From positions 601,442 to 665,441 of the forward strand of contig JACKFU010000001.1 in assembly GCA_020632295.1 (NCBI GenBank): DNA of 64,000 nt, read 5' to 3'. Source of the stretch: Candidatus Peribacteria bacterium. GTDB taxonomy: Bacteria; Patescibacteriota; Gracilibacteria; Peribacterales; Peribacteraceae. This document shows, piece after piece, positions 17,333 to 25,159 of the stretch (position 1 is its first letter; the number at the start of each line of letters is the position of its first letter). Made by a program: the position numbers and the translations under genes. The notes under the pieces are model-generated. The model did not search any database, was not told where the DNA came from, and worked only from the letters and a program-made list of their open reading frames with translations.

Positions 17333-18285
17333 TAGACTAAGTGTGCACCTTTTCCCACACTAGCTTCAAACACTTTACATCCTTTCTGCACATTTGCGTA
17401 TGCCCTTACTGTTTCCAGTGCCTCTGCTTCACAAATCACATGGACTGTTGGTCCGGCATCCATGGTATAGAGCAGGGGAAGATGCTGTGTTTTTCTTAGT
17501 GTCTTTAGTTCGTCGACGATGCGATACGTTTCATCACTTAAGTAGTGCAGCGGAGGATCTTGCGTTTGCATGCAATGATGCATATCCAAACAGTCTTCTT
17601 CGGTGACTGCCATCAATTTTTCAAAATCTTTATTGGCAATAGCATCAATGCATTCTTGCTGACGTCGCTCCGTGATGTCTGTAATACGTTTTTTATAGTG
17701 TGGGCTTGTCCATGCAGAGGCGTGTCCTTCTGTTGAGCCTACCTTCTTATGATCCGTATTTGGTGCAATAACAATATCAAACAACTCCCAGTGATCTTGT
17801 GGGGCAATTTGTCTTGCAATAGCCGAGTCTTCGGTATTTTCTAGTGCAACAAACCCTCCAACAATCGAGCGAGCTGCACTACCAGAACCCAGTCGTGCCA
17901 TTTGCGAAATTTGCTCATCGTTTAGTCCGCAATCTGCGAGTGCTGCAATGGCTTTTGCAAGTGCACTGAAGACTGCTGCAGAGGAAGCGAGTCCAATTCC
18001 CGGTGGAATCTGTGAGTCGATTTCTATCGAAATCGTATTTTGTACCTTTGGATGGTATTGCTTGATGAGATCAACGGTTTTTTGAAAACGTTCGATGTCT
18101 TTATCTTTCATCTCTTTATTATTTGATGAGACGGAAAATCGGTCGGATTCCGTTACCGTAATCTCAACGCAGGGTTCGCTGAGTGTCATGCTTAGTGAAT
18201 CTGCAGCGGGGAGACGAAGCTCATTGTTTCTGTTGCCCCAGTATTTAATAAGGGCGATGTTTGGCGTGGAGCAGGCGGTGATCAT
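17332..18285 (-). CDS. Diphosphomevalonate decarboxylase family (could instead be phosphomevalonate decarboxylase)
   Basis: PNIALIKYWGNRNNELRLPAADSLSMTL, GLASSAA GHMP motif. 1-nt TAATG overlap with the HMGR start. Confidence 0.85.
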   Translation of the reverse strand: MITACSTPNIALIKYWGNRNNELRLPAADSLSMTLSEPCVEITVTESDRFSVSSNNKEMKDKDIERFQKTVDLIKQYHPKVQNTISIEIDSQIPPGIGLASSAAVFSALAKAIAALADCGLNDEQISQMARLGSGSAARSIVGGFVALENTEDSAIARQIAPQDHWELFDIVIAPNTDHKKVGSTEGHASAWTSPHYKKRITDITERRQQECIDAIANKDFEKLMAVTEEDCLDMHHCMQTQDPPLHYLSDETYRIVDELKTLRKTQHLPLLYTMDAGPTVHVICEAEALETVRAYANVQKGCKVFEASVGKGAHLV

Positions 18286-19154
18286 GAGATAGAGAGTGTT
18301 AGAGTGTTAGAGTTTTGGGGAGTGAGGGTACTTAGTATCATGCCACATCCGCCAGTGCGTGCCCCTGCACCAATGACTTTTGCTGCGCCGCCTTCTTGTT
18401 CAATTTTTTTGATCAATTCTTTTGCCTCTTCTGTCACAATACCGAGAGAACACTGTGCTTGATGATGGTCACGGATTACTGTTGCAAGGTCTTCGCCACT
18501 CAGCAGTCGATCGGCGCATGATCCTATCGTCTTAAGGGCGTCTTGTAGCTCTTCTTTTCTCTCTGTTATCCACGCGATAAGTTCCGGTGTTTGTTCATGG
18601 GGTGTTCCGGTATCAATCAGGCACGCATCCTTCAGCAGATTTTCAGGCAGATGAATTGGTTCTGGTTCAGACCCTTTCGTAAACTTCATAGGTTGCTTGT
18701 TCCATATCACGGCAAAGTCCAGTCCGCTATGACCTGGGTTAAGTCTATCTTCAATGTGGAGGGCAGGTTCTTTGTAGTGATGATCAAGGAGTACCCCAGT
18801 AATTGCAATATTGAGTGCTGTTGAGCTTCCCATACCTTTACCAAGTGGCAAATGGTTTTCGATAGCGAGTGTGCCACCAGCTACTGACCGTGCTTCTCTA
18901 CAGTGTTTTATAATCTTTTGTGCGTATGTAATCCAGAGAGGATGCGCATCCCATTCAAGTGTAATTTCGTCTGTTGATGTATTTTCTGTGAACCGCGCAA
19001 TAAGCTCTTGGGAGGAGGGAATGGCAATACCCGTGTATCCAAATAACACGGCATATTCGCCGGAGAGGATAATCTTCCCACAGACGTGTGCAGTTCTATC
19101 CGCCAAATCGCCTTGTACGGGAAGAAAATGCATCGACAGATTCCTGCAGCTCAT
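18282..19154 (-). CDS. Mevalonate kinase (GHMP kinase)
   Basis: GKIILSGEYAVLFG and PLGKGMGSSTAL motifs. Alternative start at 19133. ATGA overlap with the downstream decarboxylase. Confidence 0.85.
   Translation of the reverse strand: MSCRNLSMHFLPVQGDLADRTAHVCGKIILSGEYAVLFGYTGIAIPSSQELIARFTENTSTDEITLEWDAHPLWITYAQKIIKHCREARSVAGGTLAIENHLPLGKGMGSSTALNIAITGVLLDHHYKEPALHIEDRLNPGHSGLDFAVIWNKQPMKFTKGSEPEPIHLPENLLKDACLIDTGTPHEQTPELIAWITERKEELQDALKTIGSCADRLLSGEDLATVIRDHHQAQCSLGIVTEEAKELIKKIEQEGGAAKVIGAGARTGGCGMILSTLTPQNSNTLTLSIS
18291..18316. repeat. CTAACACT-family octamer array (read on minus strand) forming the mvk C-terminus, just upstream of the decarboxylase ATG
   Basis: Plus strand agagagtgttagagtgttagagtttt. 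Encodes NSNTLTLSIS. Confidence 0.85.
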
Positions 19155-19764
19155 TTACGCCAAAGTCTGGGAAGAGCATGTCGATAAAATCCCACTCCGC
19201 ATACGCTGCCTGGAAGAGGAAGAAGTTGCTTGTTCGATGTTCACCGGAGGTGCGAATAATCAGATCGATATCGGGAAGCTCAGGGTGGTCGAGATACGGC
19301 GAGATGAAATCTTCAGACTCAGCTTTTAGATGATAGCTTTTAGCTTTTAGAGCAGCCCTTAAGATTTCATCTTTGCCACCGTAGTCCACAGCGAGGTGTA
19401 GAGTAAATCCGTCATAGTCTTTTGTTTCTTCTTCTACTTCCTCAATCAGTTTTGCCAGTGAAGTGGGGATGCGGTCACGCCTTCCAGAATGAATAAATTT
19501 TGTGTTCTTATTGTTAAATCCTTCCCGTTCTTTGGCCAAATACTCCTCAAGCATCTTCATGAGCATTGAGACCTCTTTCTTATCGCGTTTCCAGTTTTCC
19601 GTGGAGAAGCACCAGACGGTGAGTGCATCTACTCTCGGGTCGTTTCTGCACCAGTCGGTTAAGCTCCGAAAATGTTCAATAGCTTCCTTGTGCCCATCCC
19701 ATGGATGGAGACTTCGTTTCTTCGCCCAGCGTCGATTGCCGTCAGGGATGATGGCTACATGCAT
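19096..19764 (-). CDS. uppS: Isoprenyl transferase (undecaprenyl-diphosphate synthase family)
   Basis: HVAIIPDGNRRWAKK and IRTSGEHRTSNFFLFQAAYAEW motifs. Confidence 0.9.
   Translation of the reverse strand: MHVAIIPDGNRRWAKKRSLHPWDGHKEAIEHFRSLTDWCRNDPRVDALTVWCFSTENWKRDKKEVSMLMKMLEEYLAKEREGFNNKNTKFIHSGRRDRIPTSLAKLIEEVEEETKDYDGFTLHLAVDYGGKDEILRAALKAKSYHLKAESEDFISPYLDHPELPDIDLIIRTSGEHRTSNFFLFQAAYAEWDFIDMLFPDFGVNELQESVDAFSSRTRRFGG
19321..19348. repeat. AGCTTTT heptamer array inside the uppS CDS
   Basis: agcttttagatgatagcttttagctttt, encoding KAKSYHLKAES. Confidence 0.8.
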
Positions 19765-20267
19765 AGTGCTAGAGCTTGGTGGAACCAGGGGGCATATTGA
19801 TTTGGATGTTTAGTCATATCTAATTTGAGCGTATCAATTGCAATCCATTTCAGCTCAGCTACTTCGCTTGGGGCGGGGCAAAGTTCTACAGATTCATCGG
19901 CTTCGCCGATCAATATCGTATCGTATTCATACTCTGTACCAGCTCCACTTGGGTCATCTGCTTTATATACGAATGTGTCAACAACAGAAAGAGGGCAGGT
20001 AAATCCACATTCTTCCTGGAGTCTTGCTGCCGCCTCTTCTTCGATTGGTTTTTTCTCTTGCGGGTGACTGCAGCAGGTATTTGCCCAGTAGCCCCCAAAG
20101 AGCTTCTTCTCTGGTGCACGTTTTTGGATGAGGAGCTTTGTTCTATCTGTCGAGAAGATAAAGATAGAGAAGGCTTTGTGGAGTTTGCCCCCATGTGTAT
20201 GTGCGTCCATGATGTCGCAGGTTCCGAGGGTTGTCCCTTTTGGGTCGGTGAGAATGACGGATTTCAT
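19755..20267 (-). CDS. idi: Isopentenyl-diphosphate delta-isomerase, type 1 (Nudix)
   Basis: HKAFSIFIF, WANTCCSHP, EEAAARLQEECG motifs. Confidence 0.85.
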   Translation of the reverse strand: MKSVILTDPKGTTLGTCDIMDAHTHGGKLHKAFSIFIFSTDRTKLLIQKRAPEKKLFGGYWANTCCSHPQEKKPIEEEAAARLQEECGFTCPLSVVDTFVYKADDPSGAGTEYEYDTILIGEADESVELCPAPSEVAELKWIAIDTLKLDMTKHPNQYAPWFHQALALCM

Positions 20268-20309
20268 ACAGAGAGTGTAACAGGGAAATTTGGGAATGAT
20301 AGAAAATTA

Positions 20310-20318
20310 TGCTATAAT
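20310..20318 (+). promoter_or_regulatory. Extended -10 box TGcTATAAT, 7 nt upstream of ATG 20326
   Basis: Direct reading. Implies a leaderless mscS-family transcript. Confidence 0.5.
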
Positions 20319-20325
20319 AGACCTA

Positions 20326-21375
20326 ATGGAGCAAATACAGACCATTCTAAATTTAACCATAGGAGGGAATACTGTCGGCGAATGGGCTGTTGCCGCTTCG
20401 GTCTTTCTTGGCATCTTTATCGCGCTGCAAATGGTGCGAAAGTTTATTATCAGCAGACTGCATACCCTTGCAAAAAAGTCGACTATCAAAATTGATGATG
20501 TGATTGCAGGGTTCTTCAACAGCATGAAGACGCCAATCTTCTTTCTTATTGCATTGTTTGTTGCTGTACGAGGCGTAGAAGTGCCTCAATCTATTCAGTT
20601 AATCTTGAATATTGCTCTTGTTGTTGTCATTGTCGCGCAAGCGGTGCGACTACTTGAAGAGGTGACAGTCATGCTTGTCGAGAAACAGTTTCACAAGAAG
20701 AATTCCCAAGCACCGCTGCCAGGGATTTTTCGTATTGCTATTCGTATTCTCCTTTGGTCTGTCGGCTTTCTCCTTATTCTCAGTAACATCGGTGTCGATA
20801 TTACGTCACTCGTTGCGGGTCTAGGTATTGGAGGTCTTGCCGTCTCACTTGCGCTTCAGAGCATTCTGACGGATATGTTTTCTAGCTTCTCGATCGCGGT
20901 GGATCGCCCATTTGAGGTAGGAGACTTTATTATAGTTGGAGAGCACAAGGGAACAGTAAAACACATTGGTCTCAAGACAACACGTATCGAAGCACTTGAA
21001 GGTGAGGAAATTGTTATCTCCAATACAGAGCTAACGACTGCACGAGTGAGAAACTACAAGAAAATGCATAAACGTCGTATTCAATTTAGTATTGGTGTCA
21101 CGTATGACACGACACCGGAGAAATTGCGTTTGGTGAATGATATTGTAAAGCAGTCCATAGAAGGCATGGAGCATGTTGAATTTGATCGTTCGCACTTTAA
21201 AACATTTGGTGATAGTGCGCTGCTCTTTGAAGTGGTGTACTTCATGCTTATCAGTGACTACGCTGTCTACATGAATGCTCAGCAGGAAATGAATTTAAAG
21301 ATTCATGAAGCATTTACAAAAGAGGGTATAGAAATGGCGTTTCCTACACAGACCATAGTTGTGAAGAAGCAATGA
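20326..21375 (+). CDS. MscS-family mechanosensitive channel
   Basis: FEVGDFIIVGEHKGTVKHIGLKTTRIEALEGEEIVISN beta-domain motif after TM helices. Track start 20290 is TTG and lies inside the promoter. Confidence 0.85.
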   Translation: MEQIQTILNLTIGGNTVGEWAVAASVFLGIFIALQMVRKFIISRLHTLAKKSTIKIDDVIAGFFNSMKTPIFFLIALFVAVRGVEVPQSIQLILNIALVVVIVAQAVRLLEEVTVMLVEKQFHKKNSQAPLPGIFRIAIRILLWSVGFLLILSNIGVDITSLVAGLGIGGLAVSLALQSILTDMFSSFSIAVDRPFEVGDFIIVGEHKGTVKHIGLKTTRIEALEGEEIVISNTELTTARVRNYKKMHKRRIQFSIGVTYDTTPEKLRLVNDIVKQSIEGMEHVEFDRSHFKTFGDSALLFEVVYFMLISDYAVYMNAQQEMNLKIHEAFTKEGIEMAFPTQTIVVKKQ

Positions 21376-21393
21376 GCGCGCTACCATGAGTGC

Positions 21394-21882
21394 ATGCGCA
21401 GAGGATTTACTCTCATCGAACTCATTGTTGTTATCGCTATTATTACCATAATAGCGGCAACAGTTTTCGTTGCGGTTGACCCTGCAAAGCAGCTTCATAA
21501 AGCGCGAAACTCTTCGCGCTGGTCTGATGCCACGTCACTCCTAGAAGGCATAAAGAAGTACCAGTTTGATAACGATGGAATTCTTCCGCCAATTGATAAT
21601 GATGAGCGTACAGTGCAGCTTATTGGCTCAAGTGTTTCTGGCTGCGGTGGTACGTGTGCAGGCTACACCGTAGCAGGTAGCAGTTGTGGGGTGGACCTTG
21701 CTACTGCGTTACGTCCGTATATGAAAGATCTACCGTTCGATCCGCGTAGTGGTTCCCTGACAAATACCCGGTATTACATCAATAAAGATGAGTTTAGCCT
21801 GGTATCTATTGGAGCATGTGATCCAGAAGGGGAGGGCGCAGGAGGCCAGGGAGAGGTTCCAGAGATTGAATTAACACGCTAA
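21394..21882 (+). CDS. Type IV pilin (prepilin-type N-terminal cleavage/methylation domain)
   Basis: MRRG|FTLIELIVVIAIITIIA class III signal. Confidence 0.85.
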   Translation: MRRGFTLIELIVVIAIITIIAATVFVAVDPAKQLHKARNSSRWSDATSLLEGIKKYQFDNDGILPPIDNDERTVQLIGSSVSGCGGTCAGYTVAGSSCGVDLATALRPYMKDLPFDPRSGSLTNTRYYINKDEFSLVSIGACDPEGEGAGGQGEVPEIELTR

Positions 21883-21901
21883 TTAGCCAATAAAGCTACT
21901 A

Positions 21902-21930
21902 TTTACGGCAATCGTGTTTTTTGATATACT
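21902..21930 (+). promoter_or_regulatory. Promoter: TTTACG, 17 nt, TGaTATACT, 6 nt before the pilB ATG
   Basis: Direct reading of tttacggcaatcgtgttttttgatatact atcaag ATG. Confidence 0.5.
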
Positions 21931-21936
21931 ATCAAG

Positions 21937-23631
21937 ATGACTTCAAAAACACCAACACCAACCCTCGATAACGATCTTCTGAGCCTTCTTGTCGAGAGTG
22001 GCGTCATGACCGAAGAAGGTCTGCGCACACTCACAAGTCGTAGTAAGGGTGAGCAGAGTATTTTTGAGCGGCTTCTTCTGAATGAGGGGTACCTCATTGA
22101 TAATCAGTTAGGTCAACTTAAAGCACAGGTGCATGGCTGGCATTTCGTCGATTTGGAAACAATGGACATTGCTGAGCAGGAACTGAGCGCTCTACCGACA
22201 GTAATGCGCGAAGCGCAGGGAGTTGTTCCGTATCGTTATAACAGTGAGCTGCGTATTGCGATGAAGAATCCCGCTGATACGAAGCTTGTGCGCCTTCTTC
22301 GTAAGAAGTTTGGTGCATCGGTATCTATCGCTTATGCAACGGATGCTGATATTTCTGAGGCACTTGCTTCCAATAATGCAGAGTACGCAGAGCATTGTGA
22401 ACTCGTTCTCAAGCGACACTTGGAGGCCAGCAAGCAGCAGAAGACTGATGATAATTCTATCATCGAACTGGTAGATTCATTGCTACTTCATGGTGTTCGT
22501 TCCCGCGCTTCTGATATTCACATAGAGCCACGTCGTGAGGAATCTATTGTGCGTGAGCGTGTTGATGGGGTGCTTGGTACTACGCTTCGATTTGCTCCAT
22601 CTGTACACGATCTCGTTTGTCTTCGCATTAAGGTTCTTGCAAACCTTGCAACAGATGAGCATAGCAAGCCGCAAGATGGCAAACTGCAATACATTACTCC
22701 TGGCGGCAAGCGTGTGGATGTCCGTGTATCTATTTCGCCGATTACGAGTGGCGAAAAAATTGTGATGCGACTTCTTGCCCCAGAAGACCAAGCGCTTTCT
22801 ATGGAGGCAATTGGGTTGCAGCCTGAGGATCTTCATCGTCTTCAGAAGGAGATGGGTCGGTCATGGGGTATGGTTCTTGTCACTGGGCCAACAGGTTCTG
22901 GCAAAACAACTACACTCTATTCTGGCGTACGAAAGTTGAATCAAGACTCAGTGAACATTGCGACTATCGAAGATCCTGTAGAATATGATTTGCCTGGTGT
23001 AAACCAAATTCAGGTAAATGAGAAGGCAGGTATTACGTTTGCCAATGGTCTTCGATCTATTGTCCGTCAGGACCCAAACATTATTCTGGTCGGAGAAATT
23101 CGCGATAGCGAAACAGCGGGCATCGGTGTGAATGCAGCAATGACTGGTCACCTTGTGCTTTCTACACTGCACACAAACGATGCTGCAACGGCACTCCCTC
23201 GTCTTATTGATATGGGCATTGAGCCGTTCCTAATTTCGTCTACGGTCAATGTTATCATCGCACAGCGACTTGTACGCAATACGTGCTCTCGTTGTCGGGA
23301 GAGTAGGGAAGTGTCTGTATCGGAACTGAAAGAGTCTGTTCCTGCAGACCTTCTGAAGAAGTTGGCAAATGGGAAGAAGAAGATTCGTCTCTACGAGGGA
23401 AAGGGATGCAGTGTCTGTGATGGATCTGGCTACCATGGCCGAAGCGGTATTTTTGAACTGCTGATAGTCGATAAGTCTATTCAGGATCTTATTATGAAAA
23501 ATGCAGATGCCGATACGATTAAGCAGGCTGCTGTAAAAAACGGTATGAGAACGATGATAGAAGATGGTATCAGTAAGGTGCTACAAGGAGTAACAACGCT
23601 TGAAGAAGTACTCCGTGTTATTCGCTCATGA
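21937..23631 (+). CDS. pilB: Type IV pilus assembly ATPase (GspE/PilB family)
   Basis: VTGPTGSGKTTTLY Walker A, GEIRD, Cys tetrad CSRC...CSVC, N-terminal GSPII-like domain. Confidence 0.92.
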   Translation: MTSKTPTPTLDNDLLSLLVESGVMTEEGLRTLTSRSKGEQSIFERLLLNEGYLIDNQLGQLKAQVHGWHFVDLETMDIAEQELSALPTVMREAQGVVPYRYNSELRIAMKNPADTKLVRLLRKKFGASVSIAYATDADISEALASNNAEYAEHCELVLKRHLEASKQQKTDDNSIIELVDSLLLHGVRSRASDIHIEPRREESIVRERVDGVLGTTLRFAPSVHDLVCLRIKVLANLATDEHSKPQDGKLQYITPGGKRVDVRVSISPITSGEKIVMRLLAPEDQALSMEAIGLQPEDLHRLQKEMGRSWGMVLVTGPTGSGKTTTLYSGVRKLNQDSVNIATIEDPVEYDLPGVNQIQVNEKAGITFANGLRSIVRQDPNIILVGEIRDSETAGIGVNAAMTGHLVLSTLHTNDAATALPRLIDMGIEPFLISSTVNVIIAQRLVRNTCSRCRESREVSVSELKESVPADLLKKLANGKKKIRLYEGKGCSVCDGSGYHGRSGIFELLIVDKSIQDLIMKNADADTIKQAAVKNGMRTMIEDGISKVLQGVTTLEEVLRVIRS

Positions 23632-24683
23632 AACTGTTTTCCCGGCCAAAGCTCGGCGCAACAGATACGCAGCTCGTTCTTCGGAACTTGTCAGTATCAC
23701 TCAGCGCTGGCGTTCCACTTGCTCGTGCACTTCGGACCTTTGAAAGCGATTCTCCACGATCGAGAAAGCCCTTACTCACGCATCTACGACGTAGTATCGA
23801 ACAGGGGAAGTCTCTTGCTGATGCCATGGAATCTGCACCAAAGCGATTCCCAGCGATTGCTATTAACTTGGTGCGCACGGGTGAAACAAGCGGATCTCTT
23901 CCGAAAAGCCTCGATGCCGTTGCTGCGCACCTAAAGAAGATGATGGAGCTCAAGCGCAAGATTCGCAGTGCGATGATGTACCCAACATTTGTGCTCATTG
24001 CCGTCCTTGGTCTTGGGATCTCTATTGGCACTCTTGTTCTTCCCAAGCTCATTCCTCTCTTTGAAACACTTGATGTAGAACTGCCGTGGACAACGCGAGC
24101 GTTGCTTGCCACTGCGCATTTTCTCGACACCTATGGCTTACTGTTTGCTGGAAGCATCATTCTCTTGCTTATTGGTGTATTTCTGCTGACAAGAACAGAA
24201 TGGTTCAAGCCACACTGGCAACGATTTCTGCTTCATATTCCCTATATTGGAACTGTGCAGAAGCAGGCATCGGTTGCACAGATCGCTGCAAGCCTTGGCA
24301 CGCTCCTCGATAGTGGTATTCCTATTCATAGCGCCATTCCTTCTGCAGCTATGTCGACAGAGAACCGTGTCTTTCGTCAGGCACTGCTTGATACAATTCC
24401 TGTCATTGAATCTGGTCGCCCGTTTGCCGAAGGGCTGAAGCAGGCAGGCAGTACATTCCCACTGATGAGTAGAGCACTCGTGGAAGTAGGCGAGGAGACG
24501 GGGACGCTCACAGAAACACTGCAGTATCTTTCGGAGTATTTTGATGCAGAGGTGGATTACGCCGTGAAGAATTTAACGAATGCACTTGAGCCGATTCTTC
24601 TTATCTTTGTTGGTCTTCTTGTTGGTGGTGTGGTCATGGCGATCATCACACCGATCTACGATGTGACGAGTTCAATACGGTAA
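23628..24683 (+). CDS. pilC: Type IV pilus platform protein (GspF/PilC family)
   Basis: Two T2SSF-like repeats. EVGEETGTL motif. 3 TM. Confidence 0.88.
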   Translation: MKLFSRPKLGATDTQLVLRNLSVSLSAGVPLARALRTFESDSPRSRKPLLTHLRRSIEQGKSLADAMESAPKRFPAIAINLVRTGETSGSLPKSLDAVAAHLKKMMELKRKIRSAMMYPTFVLIAVLGLGISIGTLVLPKLIPLFETLDVELPWTTRALLATAHFLDTYGLLFAGSIILLLIGVFLLTRTEWFKPHWQRFLLHIPYIGTVQKQASVAQIAASLGTLLDSGIPIHSAIPSAAMSTENRVFRQALLDTIPVIESGRPFAEGLKQAGSTFPLMSRALVEVGEETGTLTETLQYLSEYFDAEVDYAVKNLTNALEPILLIFVGLLVGGVVMAIITPIYDVTSSIR

Positions 24684-24694
24684 CATTTTTCGCT

Positions 24695-25159
24695 ATGATG
24701 GAACGCAAGATGCGTTCCCGCCCTGCCTTCACCGCTATTGAACTGATTGTTGTTTTGGCAATTTTTGTTGTTGCCATAGCGATTACGTTGCCCTTTTTAG
24801 GGAAGTTTCAGCAGGAAGAAACACTGACGACGGTCACGCAAGATATCGTGCAAACGCTTCGAAGGGCGCAGAACAAATCGATGAATGGGGAGCGTGGAGT
24901 GGCGTGGGGTGTGGCTCTCCAAGAAGGGGCGTATATTCAGTTTGCTGGACCTTCTTATTCTTCTGGTCGCATTGTACGTCTCGATGAGAAGCACACACTC
25001 CAAAAAACATTTACGTTGTATGGGCCGCCAGAGATTCTCTTTGCGAAGCGTACAGGCTATGTCGGCACTGAGGCAGTGATTACTCTCCAGGGACCTGAGC
25101 GGGGCCTCTCGAACATTACCGTTAATGCTGAAGGTGGTATTTCCTATGAATCACTATGA
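24695..25159 (+). CDS. Pseudopilin / minor pilin
   Basis: RPAFTAIELIVVLAIFVVA prepilin-like N-terminus. Confidence 0.75.
   Translation: MMERKMRSRPAFTAIELIVVLAIFVVAIAITLPFLGKFQQEETLTTVTQDIVQTLRRAQNKSMNGERGVAWGVALQEGAYIQFAGPSYSSGRIVRLDEKHTLQKTFTLYGPPEILFAKRTGYVGTEAVITLQGPERGLSNITVNAEGGISYESL

Noticed and set aside
23618-24130. 170-aa minus-strand ORF
   Set aside because: It is antisense to pilC and is Arg/Ser-rich with no motifs.
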